25,132 bases of DNA from Verrucomicrobiota bacterium (GCA_038214755.1 JBBQRQ010000078.1:1-25132); one strand, 5' to 3'. Counted from the first letter of the stretch, positions 16,303 through 25,132 are shown. Translations and numbers: made by a program. Notes: generated by a model not told the origin, from the sequence alone.

Positions 16303-17022
16303 TCAGGCGGCGGCCCGCGCGACGGCAATCAAACTTTGGCCAATGGGAATTGGGACGCCGCTCGATTCCGCAGCATAGACAACTGGGAAAAGAATCCGGT
16401 CATAAAATTTCACTGCGGTCGAATTAAATTGCCGCCGCCGCAAGAGCACAAAATTTAGCCACCAGGCAAAGTAGCCAGGAAAATTAAAATAACGCATCCG
16501 CACGATTTCAAAACCCGCCTGCTCCAGTTTGCGTTGCAGTTCCGGTTTTGAGTAACGGCGATGGTGGCCGAAATCCTGATCGAGCGGCGCGTAAATTTCC
16601 TGCCGCGCGGGCACGAACAAATTGAGCGCGCCTTTTTTCTCGCGCAAAAGTCGTTGGTAATTTTGCAATTCCAATCCGTCGTCCCGGATATGTTCGAGGA
16701 CATTGATGCTGAGAATCGCGTCCCAATTTTTCTGTTCGGTCAAGGAATCAATGGTCCCTTCCAATAACGGTTGATCGGGAAATTTTTTTCTAAACTCCCC
16801 GCAGAAATCCGGATCGGGTTCGACCGCTTGCAGTTGAGTGATCGCAGGATTGGCGCGCAAGAGGCAGGTCACTTGTCCGATGCCGGAACCAACTTCGATG
16901 ACGCGACCGCGCAGGAACGGAGAAAATTCCCGAAGGAGCGCACGGCGGTAATTCTTCGCTTCCTCGAGCGCGGAGAACTCAAAACTTTTGTTCAGCGCCT
17001 TCTCGTTCGGCCGCTCTTTCAT
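16303..17022 (-). CDS. Class I SAM-dependent methyltransferase
   Basis: VIEVGSGIG, NVLEHI and D..FGHHRRY motifs; ATGA-coupled to the GT2 gene. Confidence 0.88.
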   Translation of the reverse strand: MKERPNEKALNKSFEFSALEEAKNYRRALLREFSPFLRGRVIEVGSGIGQVTCLLRANPAITQLQAVEPDPDFCGEFRKKFPDQPLLEGTIDSLTEQKNWDAILSINVLEHIRDDGLELQNYQRLLREKKGALNLFVPARQEIYAPLDQDFGHHRRYSKPELQRKLEQAGFEIVRMRYFNFPGYFAWWLNFVLLRRRQFNSTAVKFYDRILFPVVYAAESSGVPIPIGQSLIAVARAAA

Positions 17023-17765
17023 GCTCGGCGAAAAAAATTGTATTTGAGGATGCAACGAAACGCGCTGACCCCATCGCGCCAGCCAATTTTTTTTCCTTCG
17101 GCGTAGGTGCGGCCGTAATAAGAGATCGCCACCTCGTAGATGCGAACGTTCATCTTGCTGACTTTGGCGACGATTTCCGGCTCGAACCCAAAACGATTTT
17201 CTTCGATGGAAATTTTCTGAATGATTTCGCGTTTGAAAACTTTGTAACCCGCTTCCATGTCCGTGAGATTTAAATTGGTCGCCATGTTGGACAGCGTGGT
17301 GAGAAATTTATTGCCGACGGAATGCCAGTAATAAAGCACGCGATGCGAACCGCCTCCCAGAAAGCGCGAGCCGAATACCACATCCGCCTGCCCGGCGAAA
17401 ATGGGGCGCACGAGATTTGGATATTCGCTGGGGTCGTACTCAAGGTCGGCATCCTGCACCATGACAATGGGCGCGCTGGCTTGAGCGAAACCGGTGCGAA
17501 GCGCCGCGCCTTTCCCTTGGTTGGCGTCGTGGCGGAAAAGTTTTACGCGTGAATTTTCCCCGGCAATCGGTTGGAGCGCTTGCCAGGTTCCATCGGTGGA
17601 AGCGTCGTCCACGACGATCACCTCCTGCACCAGCGATTGAGCGAGCACCGTCTTGATGATGTTGGCGATAGTGACGGCTTCGTTATAAACCGGAACCACC
17701 ACTGAGAGACATGGAACAATAATCGAGTCAGGAACAGACCACGGTTGTGTAGGAAGAAAATTCAT
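17019..17765 (-). CDS. Glycosyltransferase family 2 (DPM1-like)
   Basis: SVVVPVYNE, VDDASTDGT, NQGKGAA, QDADLEYDP and FGFEPE motifs. Confidence 0.93.
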   Translation of the reverse strand: MNFLPTQPWSVPDSIIVPCLSVVVPVYNEAVTIANIIKTVLAQSLVQEVIVVDDASTDGTWQALQPIAGENSRVKLFRHDANQGKGAALRTGFAQASAPIVMVQDADLEYDPSEYPNLVRPIFAGQADVVFGSRFLGGGSHRVLYYWHSVGNKFLTTLSNMATNLNLTDMEAGYKVFKREIIQKISIEENRFGFEPEIVAKVSKMNVRIYEVAISYYGRTYAEGKKIGWRDGVSAFRCILKYNFFRRA

Positions 17766-17857
17766 TCCAGCCGATCAGAATGCGACGGGCGAAAACATTG
17801 GGCAGATTCTTTTGAAATGAGAGGGACAGGTCAATGCCACATTTTGTTGGATCTCGG

Positions 17858-18145
17858 GGGTAGCATCTGCCTCTGGCGGGTGCGAAATCTCCCAGTCGAT
17901 GTTGGAAGTTCAATTTTCAAAGTGCGACGTTTTAGAAATCAGAGCAACTTCCAACATCGAACGTTAAACATCGAGGAGAGATTTCCCCGAAAAGTTTTTC
18001 GCGCATTGAACGCTTGAACCGTAGCCGCCGACGTGAGGAGGCGGACTGGGGCCAGGCACGCGAGTTTCCGCCTCCTCACGTTGGCGGCTACAGGCGGGTT
18101 CATGAGGAGGAGTGAACTCGCACCCGCCGGAGGCAGATGCTACCC
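17858..18145. repeat. Family B GTAG-REP doublet, copy 2, containing nested elements
   Basis: gggtagcatctgcctctggcgggtgcga (17858-17885) and tcgcacccgccggaggcagatgctaccc (18118-18145). Inner perfect 15-bp inverted repeat at 17896-17910 and 17946-17960. Confidence 0.9.
18015..18102. repeat. Family C GTAG-REP doublet nested inside the family B element
   Basis: gtagccgccgacgtgaggaggcgga (18021-18045) and tccgcctcctcacgttggcggctac (18067-18091), 1 mismatch; flanked by TGAACC...GGTTCA. Confidence 0.88.
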
Positions 18146-18202
18146 GGTGCATTTTTAAAATTACTAGGCAGCGCGCTGGCTTGTGTGGTTAATTTCGCGC
18201 TC

Positions 18203-19489
18203 ATGAAAATCGCAATTATCGGTCTGGGTTACGTCGGCTTGCCCTTGTGCCTGCAATTCGCCCGCAACAACGTGGATGTCATTGGTCTGGACATTGACCG
18301 CGCCAAAGTCGATTCCATCAATCGCGGAGAAAGTTACATTCAACACATCGAGAGCGCCGACGTTCGGCAGCTTGTCTCGGCCAAAAGTTTTTCGGCGTCC
18401 ACGGATTTTACTGAAATTCGAAAAGTTGAAGCTGCCATTATTTGCGTTCCAACTCCGCTCAATAAAAATCGCGAGCCGGACATTTCCTACATCATCAAAA
18501 CGGGCGAAGCGATTGCGCCGCATTTGCAAAAAGGAACTTTGGTGGTGTTGGAATCAACGACCTATCCCGGGACGACCGATGAAGATTTGCGCGCCGTTTT
18601 GGAAAAAGGTTCGGGTCTGAAAGCGGGCGCAGATTTTCATCTGGCCTTTTCGCCCGAGCGCGAAGACCCGGGAAATCCCGACAGCAAAGTGGCGATCATT
18701 CCAAAAGTCGTTGGTGGTTTCACCCCGGCTTGTCTCGAAAAAGCCAAAGCGCTTTACGGCAAAGCCATTAAAACCATCGTGCCGGTTTCTTCGTGCCGCG
18801 CGGCTGAAGCGACGAAACTTTTGGAAAATATTTTTCGCGGAGTCAACATCGCGCTCGTCAACGAATTGAAGCTCGTTTATGCCGCGATGGACATTGACGT
18901 TTGGGAAGTGATCAACGCCGCCAAAACAAAACCCTTCGGCTTTATGGCATTTTATCCTGGCCCCGGATTGGGCGGGCATTGCATTCCGATCGATCCATTT
19001 TACCTGACGTGGAAAGCGCGGGAGTTCGGACAAAACACGCGCTTCATCGAGTTGGCTGGAGAAATAAATACCGCCATGCCGCTCCATGTGGTCAATCGCG
19101 TCTCCGAAGCGCTCAACGCAAAACGCAAACCAGTCAACGGAAGTCGTATCCTCCTGCTCGGCCTGGCTTACAAACCGAATGTGGACGACATGCGCGAGTC
19201 GCCCACTTATGTTCTGCTGGATTTGTTGAAAGCGCGCGGGGCGCATGTTGCCTATTTCGATCCGCACATTCCCGAAATTCTTCCCACGCGCGAACATGAA
19301 CATTGGAGGGGGTTGAAATCGGTGTCGTGGAATCAAGAAACCATTTCCGGGTTCGATGCGGTGATCATTTCCACCGCGCACAAAGCGGTGAATTACGACG
19401 AACTTGCGCAATGGGCCAACTGCATCATCGACACTCGCAACGCCATGGCTTCCGTAAAAATTTCCGCTGAGAAAATTTGGAAAGCGTGA
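18203..19489 (+). CDS. Nucleotide-sugar dehydrogenase (UDP-GlcNAc 6-dehydrogenase, WbpA/TviB-like)
   Basis: IIGLGYVGLP, CVPTP, ESTTYPG, FSPEREDPG, GGHCIPIDP and YKPNVDDMRESP motifs. Confidence 0.93.
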   Translation: MKIAIIGLGYVGLPLCLQFARNNVDVIGLDIDRAKVDSINRGESYIQHIESADVRQLVSAKSFSASTDFTEIRKVEAAIICVPTPLNKNREPDISYIIKTGEAIAPHLQKGTLVVLESTTYPGTTDEDLRAVLEKGSGLKAGADFHLAFSPEREDPGNPDSKVAIIPKVVGGFTPACLEKAKALYGKAIKTIVPVSSCRAAEATKLLENIFRGVNIALVNELKLVYAAMDIDVWEVINAAKTKPFGFMAFYPGPGLGGHCIPIDPFYLTWKAREFGQNTRFIELAGEINTAMPLHVVNRVSEALNAKRKPVNGSRILLLGLAYKPNVDDMRESPTYVLLDLLKARGAHVAYFDPHIPEILPTREHEHWRGLKSVSWNQETISGFDAVIISTAHKAVNYDELAQWANCIIDTRNAMASVKISAEKIWKA

Positions 19490-19497
19490 GGAATTTT

Positions 19498-19565
19498 CGA
19501 TTGAGGATTTACGATTGACGAGCCGGTCCTTCCAATCGCGCGTCAATCGTCAATCGTAAATCGTA
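19498..19565. repeat. Inverted pair of heptamer arrays (CGATTGA / TCAATCG)
   Basis: cgattga ggattta cgattga cg ... cg tcaatcg tcaatcg taaatcg, between two co-oriented genes. Confidence 0.8.
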
Positions 19566-19575
19566 GATAAAAAAA

Positions 19576-20604
19576 TTGTCAGCCTACGAAAATCTAAAAA
19601 TTAAGTTGCGCTCCCAGCCCCGCAAGTGGCTGGTCACGGGCGTCGGCGGATTCATCGGGTCAAACCTTTTGGAAACGTTGCTGAACCTGAATCAGCGTGT
19701 CGTCGGCCTCGACAATTTTTCCACTGGGCACCAAAAAAATCTCACGCAAGTCCAGGAACTCGTTGGCGCAATTCGTTGGAAGAATTTTCAATTCATCGAG
19801 GGCGACATTTGCAAACTCGCCGATTGCAAATGCGCGTGTCACGAGGTCGATTTTGTTTTGCATCAAGCCGCGCTTGGCTCGGTGCCGCGCTCGATTCTCG
19901 ATCCGCTCGCCACTCACGCCAGCAATGTCACTGGTTTTTTAGACATGCTCATGGCCGCCCGCGATGCCAAAGTGCGGCGATTCGTTTATGCGTCGAGCAG
20001 CGCGATTTACGGCGACCATCCCGGCTTGCCGAAAATGGAAGAAAAAATCGGCCAGCCACTTTCGCCCTACGCCGTGACAAAAAAAATGAACGAAATGTAT
20101 GCGGACGTTTTTGCGCTCGCCTACCGTTTTCCATCCATCGGCCTGCGCTATTTTAATGTGTTCGGCCCGCGACAGGATCCCGAAGGCGCGTATGCCGCCG
20201 TCATTCCAAAATGGATTGCTGCGCTCTTGAAACGCGAGCCTGTCTTCATCAACGGCGATGGCGAAACGAGCCGCGATTTTTGTTTTGTGGAAAATGTCGT
20301 CCAGGCAAATCTGCTCGCCGCGACCACGATAAACCCTGACGCGATCAATCAGGCGTACAACATTGCCGTCGGCGAACGCACGACGTTGAACGAACTTTTT
20401 TCTTTCTTGCAATCCGGCTTGCGAAAACGCGATGCGTCATTGCCGAAGCAAAAACCGGTGTATCAGGATTTTCGCGCGGGAGATGTGCGCCACTCGCTCG
20501 CCGACATTGCAAAGGCGAAAAATTTGCTCGGCTACGAAGCGACACACCAGATTGGCGAAGGCCTGGATGTCTCGTTGGATTGGTACAAACAGAACGTGAC
20601 TTGA
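19576..20604 (+). CDS. UDP-GlcNAc(A) 4-epimerase (WbpP/TviC-like SDR)
   Basis: [32 protein letters not shown] and [23 protein letters not shown] motifs; TTG start. Confidence 0.93.
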   Translation: MSAYENLKIKLRSQPRKWLVTGVGGFIGSNLLETLLNLNQRVVGLDNFSTGHQKNLTQVQELVGAIRWKNFQFIEGDICKLADCKCACHEVDFVLHQAALGSVPRSILDPLATHASNVTGFLDMLMAARDAKVRRFVYASSSAIYGDHPGLPKMEEKIGQPLSPYAVTKKMNEMYADVFALAYRFPSIGLRYFNVFGPRQDPEGAYAAVIPKWIAALLKREPVFINGDGETSRDFCFVENVVQANLLAATTINPDAINQAYNIAVGERTTLNELFSFLQSGLRKRDASLPKQKPVYQDFRAGDVRHSLADIAKAKNLLGYEATHQIGEGLDVSLDWYKQNVT

Positions 20605-20620
20605 GCATGTAGAAAAGATT

Positions 20621-20835
20621 GCTCGCCCTCACCCTAACCCTCTCCCCCAAGGAGAGGGAATAAGATATTGCATCGCTCGAACGTTCCCAAGTTTGTGGTG
20701 CGATTCCGCCTTCAGGTTATTCAAAAGAAAGCGCATAATAACCTCGATTGTCCCCATGTCCAAAACGCGGCGAATGAGTCTCCCTCTCCTCAGGGGAGAG
20801 GGCCGGGGTGAGGTCGAGCGTTTCTCTTCACTGAA
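20621..20835 (-). repeat. Family A ~220-bp REP-doublet element, copy 2
   Basis: Reverse complement aligns end to end with 2670-2890; arms are nearly identical and the core is diverged. Confidence 0.9.
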
Positions 20836-20914
20836 ATAGTTCCGGTCTCGACCGCATAAACGGACGCGGCAATTTTCGACACGAAGACGGAGGCAGATTT
20901 CAAAGAACAAAGCC

Positions 20915-20942
20915 TTGCGCGCTCGTTTTCTACAGGTAAAAT
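20915..20942 (+). promoter_or_regulatory. Putative leaderless sigma70 promoter of the DUF1549 gene
   Basis: TTGCGC-16 nt-TAAAAT-7 nt-GTG(20950). Confidence 0.5.
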
Positions 20943-20949
20943 TGTGGCC

Positions 20950-23436
20950 GTGCTCCCCAATCTCGTTCAGAAAAAAAAACGCCTGTTGAGCGACTGTTTT
21001 ATCCTCGCGATTTTTTTCGACGGCGCCTTTTCTTGGGCCGCAAATCCGGTGCCTGCACCGCCGGCGAAATTGTCCACCCCCATCATTCGCGCGCTGCGCC
21101 TGGAGCCAGCGTCGCTTACCTTTTTTAACGGTCGAGATCAGCGTCGCGTTTTGGTCAGTGGCGAAACGGCGACGGGAGAAAAATTTGATTTAACCAGCGA
21201 AGCAAAATTTACCGCCGACTCGCCCATCGTGGAAATTGGGGAGAACGGTTTGTTGAAACCAAAGTCGAAAGGAGAATCACGAATCACCGTTTCGGCGGCG
21301 GGAGCGAGCGCGAAATTGCCGGTGAAAGTGGAAAGCGCGGAGCTGCCGCCCGTCGGTTTTGTGCGCGACGTCGAGCCGTTGATGGCGAAAATCGGCTGCA
21401 ATGCCGGGACGTGTCACGGATCGGCCAAAGGAAAAAACGGGTTCAAACTTTCGTTGCGCGGTTACGATCCCGAATTTGATTATCAGGCGCTGATCAATGA
21501 TTTGTCGGGACGCCGCTTCAATCGCGTGAAGGTTGACGAAAGTTTGATGTTGCTGAAACCGACCGCTGAAGTCCCGCACGAAGGCCGCCAGGTTTTGAAA
21601 CTCGATTCGCCCGAATATAATTTGTTGAAGCAATGGATTTCCGAAGGAACGAAGTTCGAACCACCCGACCATCGCGCGAATAAAATTGAAGTTCTTCCCG
21701 CTGAAATCCAACTCGATTTGCCCGGACGCTCGCAGCGAATTCTTGTTCTTGCTTCCTACGCGGACGGCTCGACGCGCGATGTCACGAGCGAAGCCATTAT
21801 TTCCAGCAACAACGGCGAAGTTCTGGGCGTGACGAATAATGTCGCGACGGGAATCCGTCGCGGAGAAGCCGCCGTGTTGGTGCGTTACGAAGGGAATTAC
21901 ACGACGCGCCTCGTCACCGTGATGGGAGATCGGAGCGGATATAGATGGGTTGAAAATCCCGAATACAATTTTATCGACCGGCACGTCAACGCGAAGCTCA
22001 GGAAAGTCAAAGCATTGCCATCGGAACTTTGCACCGATGCTGAATTTCTTCGCCGGGTGTTTCTCGACTTGACCGGCCTCCCTCCGACTTCCGAAAAAGT
22101 CCGTGGGTTTCTCGACGACAAATCTGCGCCGAAAACCAAGCGCGCCAAACTCGTCAACGAACTGCTCGACTCCCCTGACTTCGCCAAATATTGGGCGAAC
22201 AAGTGGGCCGACCTTTTGCAGTGCAACAGCGAAATCCTCGGCGAAAAAGGCGTTTGGGTTTTCCGCAATTGGATTCAACAGGCCATCGCGCAAAACATGC
22301 CTTACGATAAATTTGTCCGCACCCTTTTGCTCGCGCGCGGCAGTTCGTATCAAAATCCTGAGGTGAATTATTTGCGCGCTCTCCGCGACACCAAAAAAAT
22401 GACCGAGGACATCAGCCAGACTTTTCTCGGCGTGCGTTTTAATTGCAATCAGTGCCACGACCATCCGTTCGAGAAATGGACGCAAAATCAATATTACGAA
22501 TTTGGCGCTTACTTCGCGCGCGTCGGCACGAAGGCGGGCGAGATGCCGGGCGAACAAATTATTTTCACGAAATACGATGGCGGCGAAGTGAAGCATCCGA
22601 AAACCGATATGGACGTCGCGCCGAAGGTTCCGTACGGCCACGCGAAAGAGCCGCCGAAAGATGGCGAACGCCGTGACGCATTCGTCGAGTGGATGACCTC
22701 GACCGAGAATCCTTTTTTCGCGAAATCCATGGCGAATCGGACGTGGAGTTATTTTTTCGGTCGTGGAATTATTGAGCCGGTCGATGACATTCGCGGCAGC
22801 AATCCGGCGAGCAATCCCGAACTTCTCGACGCGCTCACCGAAGATTTTGTGAAAGCCAAGTTGGATGTGAAACAGTTGATGCGCACGATTTGCAATTCGC
22901 GCACTTACCAACTTTCTGTCGTGGCGAACAAATGGAACGAGGATGATAAAATTAATTTCTCGCACGCCAGCCCGCGCCGTCTGAGCGCGGAACAATTGCT
23001 CGATGCGGTGGCCGTCGCCACCGGCAGCCAATCGAAACTCAAAGGCATGCCGAAAGAAATGCGCTCCGTCGAAATTCCCGACGGCATGGTGAAAGAAAAT
23101 GATTTCCTGACTTTGTTTGGCCGCCCGAAGCGCCAGTCCGCCTGCGAATGCGAACGCACCGGCAACGTCACGCTTTCCCACGCGCTAAATCTGATCAACG
23201 GCAACATGATTGGTGAAGCGGTGAGCGCGAAAGACAATCGCTTCGCGAAACTCGTCGAGAAAGAAAAGGACAACAAGAAAGTGGTGGAAGAAATTTATCT
23301 GAGCGTTTTGAATCGCACGCCCAACAACGAAGAGATCAAAGAAGTCGATTTAGGCGAAGGCACAAACCGGCTGGATGTCGCGCAAGATTTGGCCTGGGCG
23401 CTTTTGAATAGTCCGGCATTTTTGTTTAATAGATAA
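20950..23436 (+). CDS. DUF1549/DUF1553 (PSCyt2/PSD1) protein with Ig-like (Big_2-type) segments
   Basis: Signal-like N-terminus; GCNAGTCHG, D.EFLRR..LDLTG, FLGVRFNCNQCHDHPF, FFGRGII.PVDD and FGRPKR.SACECER motifs. Confidence 0.92.
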   Translation: MLPNLVQKKKRLLSDCFILAIFFDGAFSWAANPVPAPPAKLSTPIIRALRLEPASLTFFNGRDQRRVLVSGETATGEKFDLTSEAKFTADSPIVEIGENGLLKPKSKGESRITVSAAGASAKLPVKVESAELPPVGFVRDVEPLMAKIGCNAGTCHGSAKGKNGFKLSLRGYDPEFDYQALINDLSGRRFNRVKVDESLMLLKPTAEVPHEGRQVLKLDSPEYNLLKQWISEGTKFEPPDHRANKIEVLPAEIQLDLPGRSQRILVLASYADGSTRDVTSEAIISSNNGEVLGVTNNVATGIRRGEAAVLVRYEGNYTTRLVTVMGDRSGYRWVENPEYNFIDRHVNAKLRKVKALPSELCTDAEFLRRVFLDLTGLPPTSEKVRGFLDDKSAPKTKRAKLVNELLDSPDFAKYWANKWADLLQCNSEILGEKGVWVFRNWIQQAIAQNMPYDKFVRTLLLARGSSYQNPEVNYLRALRDTKKMTEDISQTFLGVRFNCNQCHDHPFEKWTQNQYYEFGAYFARVGTKAGEMPGEQIIFTKYDGGEVKHPKTDMDVAPKVPYGHAKEPPKDGERRDAFVEWMTSTENPFFAKSMANRTWSYFFGRGIIEPVDDIRGSNPASNPELLDALTEDFVKAKLDVKQLMRTICNSRTYQLSVVANKWNEDDKINFSHASPRRLSAEQLLDAVAVATGSQSKLKGMPKEMRSVEIPDGMVKENDFLTLFGRPKRQSACECERTGNVTLSHALNLINGNMIGEAVSAKDNRFAKLVEKEKDNKKVVEEIYLSVLNRTPNNEEIKEVDLGEGTNRLDVAQDLAWALLNSPAFLFNR

Positions 23437-23443
23437 AGCGGAT

Positions 23444-23653
23444 ATGAAAAATGTGGAATTTCAATTTAAAGACTGCCGATTGGGAAAATTCCTAATGCCG
23501 GTTCTGCTTACTCAAATTTTAATCGCGATTACAATTGTACATACGAAATTTCAGGAACTGCGCCCATTTCATTTTTTTAGCTTTTACTGTTCATGGGTAA
23601 TCACTTCAGCCGTGGTTGCAGGAGTCAACTTGGGATTTCTCTTTTTGTTTTAA
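23444..23653 (+). CDS. Small AT-rich hydrophobic hypothetical protein
   Basis: 69-aa ORF starting 7 nt after the upstream stop, with two hydrophobic segments; no recognisable family. Confidence 0.35.
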   Translation: MKNVEFQFKDCRLGKFLMPVLLTQILIAITIVHTKFQELRPFHFFSFYCSWVITSAVVAGVNLGFLFLF

Positions 23654-23686
23654 TTAGCGTGAAAAAATTTGAGAAAGATTAAGTTT

Positions 23687-23914
23687 ATGACCATTGAAAC
23701 CGAACGCGAAGAAGGTCGCCGCTGGATGGCCGAAGTGATGGAAATTCCCGGCGCGTTGGCCTATGGCAAAACACGAGAAGCAGCGATCAAGCGTGTGAAA
23801 GCTTTGGCAGAAGATTTTTCCGATCTCGCGGTGATCGCGGAACGGCGCAACGAACCCACGATTCCGCACGCAGAATTTCTGAGAGAATTAAAGAAGGATG
23901 GAATTTTGTTATGA
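23687..23914 (+). CDS. HicB-like antitoxin N-terminus fused to a different antitoxin-like C-terminus; no hicA partner
   Basis: TIETEREEGRRWMAEVMEIPGALAYGKTREAAI is HicB-like. EDFSDLAVIAERRNEPTIPHAEF resembles the tail of RelE/ParE-partner antitoxins. Confidence 0.7.
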   Translation: MTIETEREEGRRWMAEVMEIPGALAYGKTREAAIKRVKALAEDFSDLAVIAERRNEPTIPHAEFLRELKKDGILL

Positions 23915-23970
23915 GTGATAAACAAACGGTAATGGATCTTCTGCAACGCTTGCCCGACGAATCGAAGCGG
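23911..23970 (+). pseudogene. Truncated N-terminus of an antitoxin-like protein
   Basis: MSDKQTVMDLLQRLPDES starts with an ATGA overlap, then runs antisense into the next gene. Confidence 0.5.
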
Positions 23971-24171
23971 CTACTCAACCATCGTAATGTTGGGGACAGC
24001 AATAAATTTCACATGACCGCCGGATTCATTGTAAATCAGTGTTTTTCCGTCTTCTGTGAGGAGGCAGTGTTCCGGTTTTTCGATCTGAACTACATCGCCA
24101 CTGTCGAGTCGCAACGAATACGGCTGGAAGGGGCGACGGTTTTCAATGTCCAAAAGAATTTCTCTCGTCAT
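23971..24171 (-). CDS. 66-aa hypothetical protein ('RRPFQPY..L.SG....I.PE' type)
   Basis: MTREILLDIENRRPFQPYSLRLDSGDVVQIEKPEH...; has its own promoter-like sequence upstream. Confidence 0.7.
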   Translation of the reverse strand: MTREILLDIENRRPFQPYSLRLDSGDVVQIEKPEHCLLTEDGKTLIYNESGGHVKFIAVPNITMVE

Positions 24172-24206
24172 GTCGCAATCGTGCGCGACATGCGACAGAA
24201 CGTCAA
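24171..24206 (-). promoter_or_regulatory. Putative leaderless promoter with TGTCGCA operator-like repeats
   Basis: Minus strand reads TTGACG-17 nt-CACGAT-6 nt-ATG. Boxes on plus strand: tgtcgca (24171-24177), cgcgaca (24184-24190), tgcgaca (24191-24197). Confidence 0.55.
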
Positions 24207-24275
24207 GTTTCGTCAGATTGAACTGCAATTTTTCACAAATAAAAACCTGATCCAAAACTAATCTCAAAAAAAATT

Positions 24276-25132
24276 ATGTTATCCATCCCCGGTCAATCTG
24301 GTTCGACGTGCGACGGATTTAGTCGCCGTGAGTTTTTGCGTGTCGGTGGCGCGGGGCTGCTTGGCCTGAGTCTCGGCGACCTGCTCGCATTGCAGGCGCA
24401 CGCCAAGGAAAAAGAAAATTCCGCCGACACCAAATCCAAGAACGGTTGGGGCAAAGCGAAAAATGTTATTTTCATTTTTCTGCAAGGCGGGCCGAGCCAC
24501 ATCGATATTTGGGACCCGAAGCCCGACGCGCCGTCGAATGTGCGCGGCGAATTCAAATCGATTAAATCCAACGTGCCCGGCATCTGGCTCAGCGAAGTCA
24601 TGCCCAAGCTCGCGAAGCAGATGGACAAGGCCACACTGATTCGTTCGGTCAGTTACACGCCCGCCGGTTTGTTCAATCACACCGCTGCGATTTACCAGAT
24701 GATGACCGGTTACACGCCCGACCGCGTCTCTCCCTCCGGCCAACTCGAGCCTCCCGCGCCGAATGATTTCCCGCACATGGGTTCGCAAGTGGTGAAGCTG
24801 CGCCCGTCGGACATTCCGATGTTGCCGTTCGAGATGCTGCCGCGCCCGTTGCAGGAGAGCGGCGTGGTTGGAAAAGGCGGCACGGCGGGATTTCTCGGAG
24901 CGGCGTATGACCCGTATTATTTTTATCAGGACCCAAACACCGAAACGAAACTGGATGACTTAAGTTTGCGCAGCGGAATCTCCAAGGACCGGATGGAGCG
25001 CCGTCAATCGCTTTTGAAAAAAGTGGAGTCGCAAATGCCCGAGATGCAAAAAGCGGTCGAGAAATATGCGCTCAATAGTTATTACCAAAAAGCGTTTGAT
25101 CTGATTCTTTCCGGTCAGGCGCGCAACGCGTT
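24276..25132 (+). CDS. DUF1501 protein with twin-arginine-like motif, 3'-truncated by window edge (absent from the ORF track)
   Basis: Translated by hand: [33 protein letters not shown]...[34 protein letters not shown]. Confidence 0.93.
   Translation, partial: MLSIPGQSGSTCDGFSRREFLRVGGAGLLGLSLGDLLALQAHAKEKENSADTKSKNGWGKAKNVIFIFLQGGPSHIDIWDPKPDAPSNVRGEFKSIKSNVPGIWLSEVMPKLAKQMDKATLIRSVSYTPAGLFNHTAAIYQMMTGYTPDRVSPSGQLEPPAPNDFPHMGSQVVKLRPSDIPMLPFEMLPRPLQESGVVGKGGTAGFLGAAYDPYYFYQDPNTETKLDDLSLRSGISKDRMERRQSLLKKVESQMPEMQKAVEKYALNSYYQKAFDLILSGQARNA

Noticed and set aside
18137..18202. Upstream start for the dehydrogenase
   Set aside because: That ATG lies in the REP arm; the Rossmann motif begins at MKIAIIG (18203).
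18554..19546. 330-aa minus-strand ORF
   Set aside because: Antisense to the nucleotide-sugar dehydrogenase.
21277..23181. 634-aa minus-strand ORF
   Set aside because: Antisense shadow of the DUF1549/DUF1553 gene, with no recognisable motifs.
23911..24261. 116-aa ORF as an intact gene
   Set aside because: Only the first ~18 residues look protein-like; the rest is antisense to the 66-aa gene and its promoter.
24279..24788. 169-aa and other minus-strand ORFs at the right end
   Set aside because: Shadows of the plus-strand DUF1501 gene, which the ORF track missed because it has no stop in the window.

Overview
GC-rich bacterial chromosomal window. Gene content (DUF1549/DUF1553, DUF1501, GspC-like exported proteins) suggests the PVC group, probably Verrucomicrobiota; this is an inference. 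It carries housekeeping genes (prmA, rph, hemW, ilvN-ilvC, glycerate kinase), an ATP-dependent DNA ligase, envelope genes (GT9, GT2, methyltransferase, WbpA/WbpP-like pair), two intact PIN-type toxin-antitoxin modules, and a DUF1549/1553-DUF1501 pair split by TA-derived fragments. I found no rRNA, tRNA, CRISPR array or transposase. The strongest signal is non-coding: most larger intergenic spacers hold a miniature palindromic element. These belong to at least six families (REP/REPIN-like doublets, a TIR-bounded MITE-like unit, and 7-, 8- and 9-mer tandem arrays). Some are nested, several abut or supply stop codons, and one sits in-frame inside hemW. There is also a perfect 38-bp palindrome between rph and hemW, and many genes appear to have leaderless promoters.
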